From the NCBI GenBank assembly GCA_039028615.1, contig JBCCHT010000006.1:224001-288000 (forward strand): a DNA stretch of 64,000 nucleotides, given 5' to 3'. The notes beneath the pieces are model-generated. The model searched no databases. It was not told the origin of the DNA and worked only from the letters and a program-made list of their open reading frames with translations. This document shows positions 45,475-54,757 of the stretch, in pieces (position 1 is the stretch's first letter; each line of letters begins with the position of its first letter). The position numbers and the translations under genes were made by a program. This DNA is from Myxococcota bacterium (GTDB taxonomy: Bacteria > Myxococcota_A > Polyangia > Nannocystales > Nannocystaceae).

Positions 45475-47343
45475 ATGGCTCCCACGTCCGACTCTTCGCT
45501 CGAGCTCTCTCGTCGCCAGCTCCTCGGCGGTCTCGGGGCGAGCGCTTCGCTCCTGGCTCTCGGCTGCAAGCCTTCGGGGAGCGGGACCACTTCGCCTACG
45601 GACGCAACAACCTCTGCGGACGCCTCGGGGTCGGCGCTGCTGGACGAGGTCGCCTACCACTTGCTGCAGCACGAGCCGGAGCGCGCCACGAACCTCGGTG
45701 TCGACACGGGGGACCACGCCGATCTGCGGGCCTGGCTCGAAGACCAGAGCCAAGCGGGACAAGACGCCTACGCGGCCACGCTGCGAGCGGACCTCGAGCG
45801 GATTCGCAGCACCGACACATCCGGGTTCGATGCCGACACGCGCACGAGCTACGAGGTGGTGGCGAGCGCCTATGCGACCGCTCTCGATGGCTTCGCCCTG
45901 CCCTACGGTGATGTGGCGGTGGGCAGCTGGCGCAACGCCCCCTACGTGGTGATTCAGAACGTCGGCAGCTATCTCGACATGCCGCGGTTCATGGACTCGG
46001 TGCACCCGATTCGGGACGAGGCCGACGCGGTCGCGTATCTGGCTCGGATCCAGACCTTCCCCAAGGTGCTCGACGGCGAGCTCGAGCGCATGCGGGCGGC
46101 CACCGACATGGGCGTCGTTCCGCCCGACTTCTTGCTGACCAAGGCGATCGCACAGCTGGAGCGGACCATCACCGACGCCAAGAAGGCCGAGCTGTTCGTG
46201 CCGCAGCTGCGCGAGAACCTGAAGACGGCCAAAATCCCACACAACTGGGCCGACGACGTCGAGATGCACGTGCGCGAGCTCGTGGCCGAAGCCATGGAGC
46301 GCCAGCTCGAGGAACTACGACGGCAGCAGTCCAAGGCCTCGGGCGACCCGGGGATGTGGGCGCGACCGCATGGCGACGAGTGGTACGCGTGGGCGCTGCG
46401 GGCCAGCACCACGACCACGCGGACCCCCGACGAGGTCCACGAGGGCGGGCTCGAAGAACTGGCCGCCTTGCATGCGCGCATGGACCCGATCCTGCGCGAG
46501 ATCGGCTACACGGAGGGCACGGTCGGCGCCCGCATGCAGGCGCTCAGCCAGGACCCGCGCTACAAGTTCCCCGAAGGCGATCCGGGGCGGGCCGAGATCA
46601 TGGCGTTCATCCAGGAGCGCATCGAGTGGATCACCGCGCAGATGCCCCGGGCCTTCAACACGGTGGTCGACCCCAACCTCGAGGTGCGGCGCCTGCCCCT
46701 GGCCGAGGAAGCGGGCGCCCCCGGGGCCTACGGCGGGGCGGGCAGCAAGGACGGCTCGATCCCCGGGCGCATGTGGATCAACCTGCGGACCACCGATCTG
46801 CACCGCAAGTACGACCTGCCCGACCTCACCTTCCACGAGACCATCCCCGGGCACGTGTGGGAGGGCGAGTACTCCAACCGCCTGCCGCTCATCCGCTCGC
46901 TGCTCGCGTTCAATGCCTTCTCCGAGGGCTGGGCGCTGTACGGGGAGCAGCTCGCCGACGAGCTCGGGGCCTACGACGAGTTCAAGGTGGGGCGCCTGGG
47001 CTACCTGCAATCGCTGGCGTTCCGGGCGTGCCGCATGGTCGTGGACACCGGCCTGCACCATAAACGCTGGAACCGAGACCAGGCGGTCAACTTCTTCGTG
47101 GAGCGCAACGGCAGCAAACGTGAAGAGGTCGAGAGCGAGGTCGACCGCTACTGCGCGTGGCCGGGGCAGGCCTGCGGCTACAAGGTCGGGCACAGCGAGG
47201 TCGTCCGGCAGCGCGCCCGGGCGCAACAGCAGCTGGGCGACCGCTACGACCTCAAGGCGTTCAACGATGCGGTGATCCTCGGGGGCAACGCCCCGCTCGA
47301 CGTGCTCGCCAAGAACGTCGACCGCTACATCAACGGCGGCTGA
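45475..47343 (+). CDS. DUF885-family protein (putative metallopeptidase) with Tat-lipoprotein signal
   Basis: SRRQLL...LALGC; HETIPGH, F.EGWALYGE, R.VVDTGLH...W, EVDRY..WPGQA..YK.G. Confidence 0.92.
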   Translation: MAPTSDSSLELSRRQLLGGLGASASLLALGCKPSGSGTTSPTDATTSADASGSALLDEVAYHLLQHEPERATNLGVDTGDHADLRAWLEDQSQAGQDAYAATLRADLERIRSTDTSGFDADTRTSYEVVASAYATALDGFALPYGDVAVGSWRNAPYVVIQNVGSYLDMPRFMDSVHPIRDEADAVAYLARIQTFPKVLDGELERMRAATDMGVVPPDFLLTKAIAQLERTITDAKKAELFVPQLRENLKTAKIPHNWADDVEMHVRELVAEAMERQLEELRRQQSKASGDPGMWARPHGDEWYAWALRASTTTTRTPDEVHEGGLEELAALHARMDPILREIGYTEGTVGARMQALSQDPRYKFPEGDPGRAEIMAFIQERIEWITAQMPRAFNTVVDPNLEVRRLPLAEEAGAPGAYGGAGSKDGSIPGRMWINLRTTDLHRKYDLPDLTFHETIPGHVWEGEYSNRLPLIRSLLAFNAFSEGWALYGEQLADELGAYDEFKVGRLGYLQSLAFRACRMVVDTGLHHKRWNRDQAVNFFVERNGSKREEVESEVDRYCAWPGQACGYKVGHSEVVRQRARAQQQLGDRYDLKAFNDAVILGGNAPLDVLAKNVDRYINGG

Positions 47344-47367
47344 CCGGTCACGGCCGCGCCCGCGGGC

Positions 47368-49818
47368 TCAGCTCGCGGCGCGGTGCTCCCCCGAGGGCGT
47401 GTCGTCGTAGCGCGAGTGGTAGTACGAGTAGTCGGCGTCGCGCCGCGTGACGCCGTTGAGCACCAAGCCCTTGGCGGCGTCGACCCGATGCAAGGCCGCG
47501 ACGGCGTTGCGCAACGCGGCTCGCTCGACCATGTCGGGTCGGGCCACGAGCAGCACGAGGTCGGCGTGCTGCGCCAATATGGCTGCGTCCGCGACGAACG
47601 CGGGCGGGCCGTCGACGATGACGTCGTCGTAGCGCTCGACCCAGTGGTCGAGCAAACGCCCCAACGACGGGCTCATGAGCGACGCGAGGGTATCGGGCAG
47701 CGGAGTCCCGGCCGAAAGGAGTGCAGGACCATCGTCACCGGGCTGTTGCAGCATGGAGCGGGCGACGTCGGGCGTACCGCCCTGCCCCACCGCGTCGGAG
47801 TAGCCGGGCACGCGACGGGCCGCCCACAGGCGATGCTGCACCGGTCGCCGTAGATCGAGGTCGAGCAGCAACACGCGGCGCCCGGTGGCCGCGAGGGCGT
47901 GCGCCAGGTTGGCGGCGACGGTGCTCTTGCCCTCGCCCGCCTGGCTCGAGGACACCTGCACCACGCGACCGCGCTCGGCTTGCCCCGGCGACAGGCTCAC
48001 GCTGACACACAGAGCGCGGAAGGCCTCGGCCGCGGGATGGGTGGCGTCGTCCCACAGCTCGGTGGGGCGAAGCCGCGGCGGCTGTCCCCGGCCACGACGG
48101 ATCTTGGGCACGGTGCCGTAGGTGGCCAAGCCGCTGAGGCGCTGGACCTCGTCGGCCGTGCCCACTCGGCGGCGCAGCAGCTGTCGCAACGACACCGCGA
48201 TCATGGCGAGCAGCAAGCCGCCCAGGCCCGCGCCGCCGACGAGCTTGAGTCGATTGGGCGTGGCTTGGCGATGGGGCAGGCTCGCCCGGTCGACGACCCG
48301 CTTGTCGGTCGTGCTGGAGGCCTGGAGGATCTCGGCGTCCTGCGACTTCTCGAGCAAGAACGCGTACAGGCGCTGGCTGACCTCGACGTCGCGCACGAGC
48401 CGAGCGAGCTGGAGTTCCTTGTCGGGATAGGCGGCCATCGCCTGGTCGGTCTGCTCGAGGCGACGACCGAGCTCCGCCCGACGGGCGCGCAGGCTCTTCT
48501 TGGCGCTGGAGACCAGCCGCGACACCTCTTTTTGGCGCAGGCCGATCTTGGCGGCGAGCTCGATGACCCGCGGATGATCGGCGGTCAGGGTGGCCGCGAG
48601 CACGGCATGCTGCGTCTCGGCCTCGGTCAGCGAGGCGATGGCCGCTCCCAGCACGGGGTCTTCGACGAGGTTGGCGGTGAGGTGCGCCCGGCCCTTGCTC
48701 CCGCTGCGCGCCAGCCCGGCCGACAGCGTGTCGAGCACGCGGAGCTGCAGGTCGAGCGACAGCTGCTCCGCCCGAATCTCGGCCGAGCTCTCGATGGTGA
48801 CCCGGGCCTGGGTATCGAGCTGCACCGCCTGCTGCCCGGACGCGAAATCGCGGAGGCCCTCTTCCTGGCCGGATAGTCGCGTCTGAGCTTCTTCGAGGCG
48901 CTCGCGAATGAAGCTCGCCGCCTGCCCGGCGCCTTGGGTCTGCCAGCGCAGGCTCTGCTCGACGTAGTGGGTCATCACCCCTTCGACCACCGCCTGCGCC
49001 ACATAGCGATCGGGGTCGGAGAAGCGGACCTCGACCAAGTTGGTGCGCTCGCGGGCCCGACCCAGGCTGCCCACCGACAGACGCGGCAGCAGGTCTTCGA
49101 GCAAGGCACCGTCGGGCACGACCTCGACCCGCACCGACTCACCCACCGCCAGCGGGTTCCCCCGCAGGTGCAGACGCAGCGCGTCGGTCTCGAGCGGCTC
49201 GCCGACCACCAGCGTGTGCTCGGCCGCCGCCCCCTGGGGATCGGTGAGCACCGCCAGGTGGGTCTCGTCTTCGGCCCGCAGCTCGACGGTCAGCGGGTTG
49301 AAGCGCCCCGCGGGCAGGGTGGCCTCGACCAGCTCCCGACGCAGCGCCAGCAGGCCCGACGCGGTGGGGCGCTCGCCCTCGAGGGTGATCGAAGTATCGG
49401 TGCTGAGCCAGCGTGCCCCGGTCGGATCGACGACGTGCAGCCCCTGGCCCTTGAACACCTCGAGCAAGAAGTCGCGGCGCTGGAGCACCTGGACCTCGGT
49501 GTCCAGCTGGTCGTTGCCGCCGACGCCCGCCATGTCGGCCAGAGGATGGAGGCTGGGCACGGCCGAGCCGCCCACCTGCACCACGCCGACCGAGGCGTAG
49601 GTCGGCACGGCCAACACCGCGTAGGCCCCCGCCGCCCCCACCACCATCAACCAGACCACGGCCACGAGCACGATGTGCCGACGCAGATCGCCGAGCCGCC
49701 CCAGCACGAACGCATGCAGGCCCGCCGCCTCGGCCGGAGCGACCGGGGGTGGAGCGCTCGGGGCAGCGGGCTGCACCGGAGCCAGCTCCGGGCGGCGGCG
49801 ACCTGAACGGTCGGTCAT
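47368..49818 (-). CDS. wzc: Polysaccharide co-polymerase / BY-kinase (Wzc/GumC-like)
   Basis: Two TMs around a coiled coil; AEAFR.L, SSQAGEGKST, LLDLDLRRP, IVDGPP, C-terminal DYSYYHSRY. Confidence 0.88.
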   Translation of the reverse strand: MTDRSGRRRPELAPVQPAAPSAPPPVAPAEAAGLHAFVLGRLGDLRRHIVLVAVVWLMVVGAAGAYAVLAVPTYASVGVVQVGGSAVPSLHPLADMAGVGGNDQLDTEVQVLQRRDFLLEVFKGQGLHVVDPTGARWLSTDTSITLEGERPTASGLLALRRELVEATLPAGRFNPLTVELRAEDETHLAVLTDPQGAAAEHTLVVGEPLETDALRLHLRGNPLAVGESVRVEVVPDGALLEDLLPRLSVGSLGRARERTNLVEVRFSDPDRYVAQAVVEGVMTHYVEQSLRWQTQGAGQAASFIRERLEEAQTRLSGQEEGLRDFASGQQAVQLDTQARVTIESSAEIRAEQLSLDLQLRVLDTLSAGLARSGSKGRAHLTANLVEDPVLGAAIASLTEAETQHAVLAATLTADHPRVIELAAKIGLRQKEVSRLVSSAKKSLRARRAELGRRLEQTDQAMAAYPDKELQLARLVRDVEVSQRLYAFLLEKSQDAEILQASSTTDKRVVDRASLPHRQATPNRLKLVGGAGLGGLLLAMIAVSLRQLLRRRVGTADEVQRLSGLATYGTVPKIRRGRGQPPRLRPTELWDDATHPAAEAFRALCVSVSLSPGQAERGRVVQVSSSQAGEGKSTVAANLAHALAATGRRVLLLDLDLRRPVQHRLWAARRVPGYSDAVGQGGTPDVARSMLQQPGDDGPALLSAGTPLPDTLASLMSPSLGRLLDHWVERYDDVIVDGPPAFVADAAILAQHADLVLLVARPDMVERAALRNAVAALHRVDAAKGLVLNGVTRRDADYSYYHSRYDDTPSGEHRAAS

Positions 49819-51101
49819 GTCGACCTCGGCATGCCCGACCGATTATCCACCCGCGGCAGCAAGGCCACCACCACCATGACTAGCAGCACCCCATGGGTCA
49901 ACAGCGAGGTCAGCAGCGCGGAATTGGTCAGGGTGACCGCCGGGACCGCGAACAATGCGGTGGCCAGGCGCGGCGACAAGCCAGCCGCGGCGTAGTCGTA
50001 CAGGCGCAAGACGGCGGCGAGCAGCCCAGTGGCCAGCACCATGCCCAGCTCGCCGAAGTTGGCGTAGCCGTCGGCCCACACGTTGGCGTTGGCGTTCGTC
50101 ACTGCGACGAAATACTGCCCGCCCACCACCTTGGGCGGCGCGAGGCCGGACGCGTGCGGCACGATGCCCCCGAGTACGCTGTGCCCCAGCCACGCCTTGT
50201 CGTGCACCGCGTAGTAGTCGACATAGAGCCCGGTCAGCTGCCCCGGCACCATGAAGGTCCGCCGCACGAGCACGCCCGAGGCTAAGCCGCCGTCGCTCCA
50301 CTGGGACTCGAGCACGCCCAGCACCAACACGCCGAGCGCACCGAGCAAGACCCACGCCCCGAAGCGCCGCCCGCCGTCGCGCAGGATCACGATGACCAGC
50401 ACGATGAGCACGGCCGACAGCAGCACCGACTTGAGCCCGGTGAGGCCGAAGATCAGCAGCTGCCCGGCCACGCCCAAGCCCACGACCACCGTGCGGCGGC
50501 GGGTCGCTCCCCAGGCGATGAGCAGCGGGTTGATGACGTTGGCCACCCAGGGCACCGCGTAGGCCGACAGCCGCCCGCCTTCGCGGGCCAGATCGCGAAA
50601 CTCGGCGCGGACGTCATAGATCTCGGAGAGCGACGGCAAAGAGGTCGGCAGACCGAAGCTCGAGATCACGACGACGTAGAGCCCAGCCGCCACGACGGCG
50701 AGACCCAGCCAAAAGCGGGGCTCCGCCTGCGGAGACTCGCGACGAGGCCGCGGGTCGAGGGGTACGGCATAGGACCAGACCAGCCCGCCCATGCACGCCA
50801 GCAGCACGAAGCCGAACTCCAGCCACCGCACGGGCGAGCCCCCCAGGGCCTCCATGGGCACCAGCTGCGAGGGCACATAGACCAGCAGGTAGATGAACCA
50901 CAGACCGAGCTGCGACGGTCGGGCCAAGCGACGGGGCATCAGCGCCGACGGAGCGACCGCCAGCGTGCTCAGGACCAGCCGCAACCACGGCGCCGGGGCA
51001 TGGTGCTCGAGGCCGAGATACGCCCAGCGCGGGTGAATGTCGTGGACGTAGGTCCACTGGAAGAGCACGACGTAGGCGAGTGCGAGCGCGGGAATCGGCA
51101 T
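49815..51101 (-). CDS. Putative Wzy-type polysaccharide polymerase (polytopic membrane protein)
   Basis: About 10 TMs; YDVR..FR, RRTFMVP, NAN.WADGYANFG.LG; stop overlaps the wzc start. Confidence 0.6.
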   Translation of the reverse strand: MPIPALALAYVVLFQWTYVHDIHPRWAYLGLEHHAPAPWLRLVLSTLAVAPSALMPRRLARPSQLGLWFIYLLVYVPSQLVPMEALGGSPVRWLEFGFVLLACMGGLVWSYAVPLDPRPRRESPQAEPRFWLGLAVVAAGLYVVVISSFGLPTSLPSLSEIYDVRAEFRDLAREGGRLSAYAVPWVANVINPLLIAWGATRRRTVVVGLGVAGQLLIFGLTGLKSVLLSAVLIVLVIVILRDGGRRFGAWVLLGALGVLVLGVLESQWSDGGLASGVLVRRTFMVPGQLTGLYVDYYAVHDKAWLGHSVLGGIVPHASGLAPPKVVGGQYFVAVTNANANVWADGYANFGELGMVLATGLLAAVLRLYDYAAAGLSPRLATALFAVPAVTLTNSALLTSLLTHGVLLVMVVVALLPRVDNRSGMPRST

Positions 51102-51172
51102 TCGATCGAGCCATCGCCGGGGTGCCGCCTCCACCCGATCGACGGTAGCGGACCGCCTGGGCAGCGCCAAGC

Positions 51173-52321
51173 TCAACGGACCAAGAAGACCTGCTGCTCC
51201 CAGCCGAAGGCCACCCCGCCCCCGGTCTGCACCACGAGACGAACCGAGGTCGGCAGCACCACGGCGGGCGGCAGCCCGGTCAGATCGGCATCGGTCAGCC
51301 CGGTCGTGCCCGCCACCACGGACGAATCCGCGGCGTGGGACCACAAATAGAAGGCGGACATCGAACCGGCGGCGGGCCAGTCGTCGGCCCCGCCGCACTC
51401 CCCGTTGGTGCCCGGCGACAGCAAGGTCAGGTCGCCCGAGGGGCCACGCACGTAGACCTCGTGCCCGCCCATCATGTCGGTATGCCAGTCGTTGTTGTCG
51501 TCGTCTGCGGTCATCGCCACCATCCGGGTGCTCGGGCTGAGCTCGGAGACGACGCTGCGGAGAGCCTCGACCTGGACGGTGCTGTAGATCGTGCCGTCGG
51601 CGGGGTTTTGGTACGACAGCGCGACTTCCTCGTCGAGGCTCCCGCCCGGGCTGATGTCGGCGGAGATGGTGCCCTCGTCGATCCACGCGAAGTAGCCCGC
51701 GCCGTCGTCGGCACACTTGTCCCAGGGGTTACCCGCGCTGTCCTGGGCCACGACGACGCCATCGCTGTTCTGGAGCGACAGGCGGATCCAGCCCCCGCCG
51801 TCCGTGGACATGTCACACGAGACCCCCATGGGGTCGACGCCGCCGGGGCCGTCGGGATCGATCATGAACACGCCGTCGAGGGCGCTCGGGTCGTGCTCGA
51901 GCAGCTCGCGGCAGCTGGTCGGGTAGTCGCAGGCCATGTCGCGACAAAAGCCGGTCTCGCAGTCCTCCGGCCCGACGCACTGACCTTCGAAGGGACACCC
52001 GGGGCAGCTGCCCCCGCAATCCACGTCGGTCTCGCCGCCGCTGAGCAGCCCGTCGTCGCACGAGGGCGGCTGGCACTGACGCGTGCAGGCATCGGTGTCG
52101 TCGTCGTTGCCGTCGTCGCATTGCTCGCCAGGGTCGACCACTCCATCACCGCAGGTCACGGGGATGTTGCCGCTCTCGCCATCGCTCACCGCGGCCGCGG
52201 TCCCGCTACCTTGCGTGTCTGCGCCATCGACTTCGCCCCCGGAGCCCAGGCCCGGAGAGTCGCTCTCGAAGGTGCCCTCTCCCAGCGCACACCCGTGCAT
52301 GGCGAGGACGACCGCAATCAT
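51173..52321 (-). CDS. Lipoprotein with Cys-rich repeats and a fibrinogen/intelectin-like domain
   Basis: MHGC lipobox-like; CGDGVVDPGEQCDDGN, ETDVDCGG.C; SC.E......DG...IDPDG....V.CDM.TDGGGW. Confidence 0.8.
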   Translation of the reverse strand: MIAVVLAMHGCALGEGTFESDSPGLGSGGEVDGADTQGSGTAAAVSDGESGNIPVTCGDGVVDPGEQCDDGNDDDTDACTRQCQPPSCDDGLLSGGETDVDCGGSCPGCPFEGQCVGPEDCETGFCRDMACDYPTSCRELLEHDPSALDGVFMIDPDGPGGVDPMGVSCDMSTDGGGWIRLSLQNSDGVVVAQDSAGNPWDKCADDGAGYFAWIDEGTISADISPGGSLDEEVALSYQNPADGTIYSTVQVEALRSVVSELSPSTRMVAMTADDDNNDWHTDMMGGHEVYVRGPSGDLTLLSPGTNGECGGADDWPAAGSMSAFYLWSHAADSSVVAGTTGLTDADLTGLPPAVVLPTSVRLVVQTGGGVAFGWEQQVFLVR

Positions 52322-52486
52322 CCCGCCACGACTCCCGCCGTTTCCCCCGCGCCGCACCGAGACGATGGTACCGCGAATGGGCCCGGCTGCACGCGCATGG
52401 GGGCCACGCGCCCCGAGGAAACCGGAGCGCGCGGCCAAACGAGCCTCGCCCGCCCCGTGAGGGGCCAGCGTACGTGGGGCTGTGCC

Positions 52487-53338
52487 CTACTGCGTATCGA
52501 AGCAACGCACGTCGAAGTCGTCCGACCCCCAGGGGCTGTCGACCACGAACCAGTCGGTATACGAGGGGCAATTGACGCTGTCGGATTCCAGGTTCTCCGA
52601 GCACAGCGTGTTGAAGTGATGACCGGTGGCGTGGAAGCTGCGACGGCTCCCCGGGCTCATCACCAGCGGCCCGAAACGCAGGTTCCAGTCGCAGTCGATG
52701 CCCTTGTCCTCACCACGGTAGTCGTGGAAACGCCACGCCTGGTTTGCACCACCGTGACACGGGTAGAGCTGGATCGCCGCCTGGTTGGTCTTCACCGCCC
52801 CCCGTACGTCGAGGCACATGTGCGTGGCCGAGCGCGGCCGAATGGTGGCCGACTGGCTGTCGAACCCGAAGGTACGGAACACCTGGTTGCTACCGCCATG
52901 ACAGGGGTACAGCTGCAGCCCCTGGCCGGTGACGTAGTTCGAGCTGGGCACGTCGAGGCACAGATCGTCGTCGTCCTTGGAGTGGATGGTGAAGCCGCCT
53001 CCAGACGCGGGACGGAACAGCCACAGCTGGTTGTCCTTGCCGTGACACTGGTACTGCTGGAACGGGCGCACGGAGCCGCTGGGCGAGGTATCCCAGCAAC
53101 CGCCGTTGTCACCGCCGTAGGTGGCCGCGTTCATCGAAGTGACCAGCGTGGGGAAGTCGGGCAGCACGGTCGTCCAGCGGTACTCGCTGTCGTCGTCGGC
53201 ACCATCGGAGTCTTCGCTACCGTCGGAGTCGACCACCGGGTCTTGTTCGACGGTCGCGTCGCAGGCGAAGGCAAGGCAAGACAACAGCGCAATCGAAGCG
53301 GGCACGAGGCCCATGCGAAAGAGGGGGGATTGGGGCAT
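52487..53338 (-). CDS. Lipoprotein with ricin-B (beta-trefoil) lectin domain
   Basis: Lipobox AFAC; three C.D...Q.Y.CHG..NQ.[WF] repeats. Confidence 0.92.
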   Translation of the reverse strand: MPQSPLFRMGLVPASIALLSCLAFACDATVEQDPVVDSDGSEDSDGADDDSEYRWTTVLPDFPTLVTSMNAATYGGDNGGCWDTSPSGSVRPFQQYQCHGKDNQLWLFRPASGGGFTIHSKDDDDLCLDVPSSNYVTGQGLQLYPCHGGSNQVFRTFGFDSQSATIRPRSATHMCLDVRGAVKTNQAAIQLYPCHGGANQAWRFHDYRGEDKGIDCDWNLRFGPLVMSPGSRRSFHATGHHFNTLCSENLESDSVNCPSYTDWFVVDSPWGSDDFDVRCFDTQ

Positions 53339-53439
53339 GCCCTCCCTATGAGCAAGCCCCGGGCCAACAACGACACGGCCCGCAATGTGGCGCATTCACC
53401 CCCATTGCGGGCCATTCGGTGCCCCGTCGCCGCACGGCG

Positions 53440-53459
53440 CCCATGGGACATCCCATGGG
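53440..53459. other. Nested palindrome CCCATGGGA-CA-TCCCATGGG just downstream of the sulfotransferase (terminator or operator candidate)
   Basis: Perfect 9-bp inverted repeat whose arms each contain the palindrome CCCATGGG. Confidence 0.4.
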
Positions 53460-53469
53460 TCTGCCCCCC

Positions 53470-54486
53470 TCAGCGTACGTAGCTGCGGTCGGCGTCGTTC
53501 TTGCGCAGCTCGATCCCCGTACGCACCGACGCGGGCACGACTCGCTTGGTCAGCCGGTCGGCCAGCCACAAGCCGAGGCCATAGCGTTTCAACGCCGCCT
53601 GGGCCCGCTTGTAGCGGTTGTCCAGATCCAGGGCGACCCGCTCGGCCACGGTCGGCGTGCGGGGCCCGTGCTCGCTGGGCAGGTAGTCGCGTGCAGTCAG
53701 CATGTCGCCGCAGCGATACTCGACGTTCTGAATCTCCCGCGGGGTGAGGCGGCGGCGCCACTGCTCGACCAACGAGGGATCGGGCGGGTCGTAGGTGCTG
53801 TCGCGCCAGAACTCGAGCATCTCGGGGTCGTACTCGAGGCCGAGGAACTCGCAGACCTCGGACAGCACGGTCTCCGGGTTGCGCACCAGCGCCTCGTAGC
53901 GGACCTCCATCCACTGGTCGTCACGGATCTCGGCCTTCAGTCGCTCCCAGCGCTTCTCGGCCTCGAGCCAGATCTCGGCGCCGCGATAGACGTTGCCGAC
54001 CCAGCCCATGCCGATGCAGGAGCGCGCCACGTCCCGCGGGTCACGGATGACGTGGATGAAGCGAGCGTCGGGCCACAGGTCGGGACAACGATCGAAGCGG
54101 GAGTGGATGGTGATGCCCGTGACCGCCTCGGGGTGATTGGCGACCCGCTGCTCGAGCAGGTCGCGGACCAGCTCCGGGTAGTCCAGGTCGGGATCAATCT
54201 CGAGCTGCGCGGCCTCGAACTGGCGGCTCGTCGCGAGGTGAGCGTGGAGCTCGGAGACCTCGGGGAAGCCTCGGTTGTCGAGGAGCTCGACCGCTTCCTC
54301 GTACTCGCCGACGTGGACCACGTCGCGGTGATGACCGAGCATGAGGTTGAACAGCGTGGTGCCGGACCGCAGCGCCCCCACCACGATGACCGGGGGTCGC
54401 GAGGTCTGTTGCCCCACGGGCAGCGGCGCGGCGAGGCACTCGCTGGGGGAAGCAACGGCGGACGACGTGGGAATATCCTGGCACAT
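53470..54486 (-). CDS. PAPS-dependent sulfotransferase
   Basis: VVGALRSGTTL, FIHVIRDPRDVARS, VRYEALV..PE..L..VCEFLG. Confidence 0.93.
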   Translation of the reverse strand: MCQDIPTSSAVASPSECLAAPLPVGQQTSRPPVIVVGALRSGTTLFNLMLGHHRDVVHVGEYEEAVELLDNRGFPEVSELHAHLATSRQFEAAQLEIDPDLDYPELVRDLLEQRVANHPEAVTGITIHSRFDRCPDLWPDARFIHVIRDPRDVARSCIGMGWVGNVYRGAEIWLEAEKRWERLKAEIRDDQWMEVRYEALVRNPETVLSEVCEFLGLEYDPEMLEFWRDSTYDPPDPSLVEQWRRRLTPREIQNVEYRCGDMLTARDYLPSEHGPRTPTVAERVALDLDNRYKRAQAALKRYGLGLWLADRLTKRVVPASVRTGIELRKNDADRSYVR

Positions 54487-54668
54487 AGTCTTTCAGCTCT
54501 TTCGAGTGAGAAGCCGAAAGCCGCGGCCCGAGTTCGCGTCCCATCCCCGGCCGCAAACGTCGAGTCATCGAGACTCTCTACAAAGGGAGTACCGATCGGC
54601 CCCAATAGTGCTCACCTTCTCCGAAAAAACTTCCGGCCAGATTTGGACCCTGCGAAGACCCCGTCACC

Positions 54669-54711
54669 ACTGGCAGCTTCAGCCCGCGATGGCTGCCGCT
54701 GAAATGCCAGT
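54669..54711 (-). terminator. Imperfect hairpin downstream of the mutase operon
   Basis: ACTGGCA-GC-TTCAGC ... GCTGAA-A-TGCCAGT; no clear U tract. Confidence 0.35.
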
Positions 54712-54757
54712 AGTGCACGCGAAAGATACGGGAAGAGGTGAAATATCGATCGGAGCG

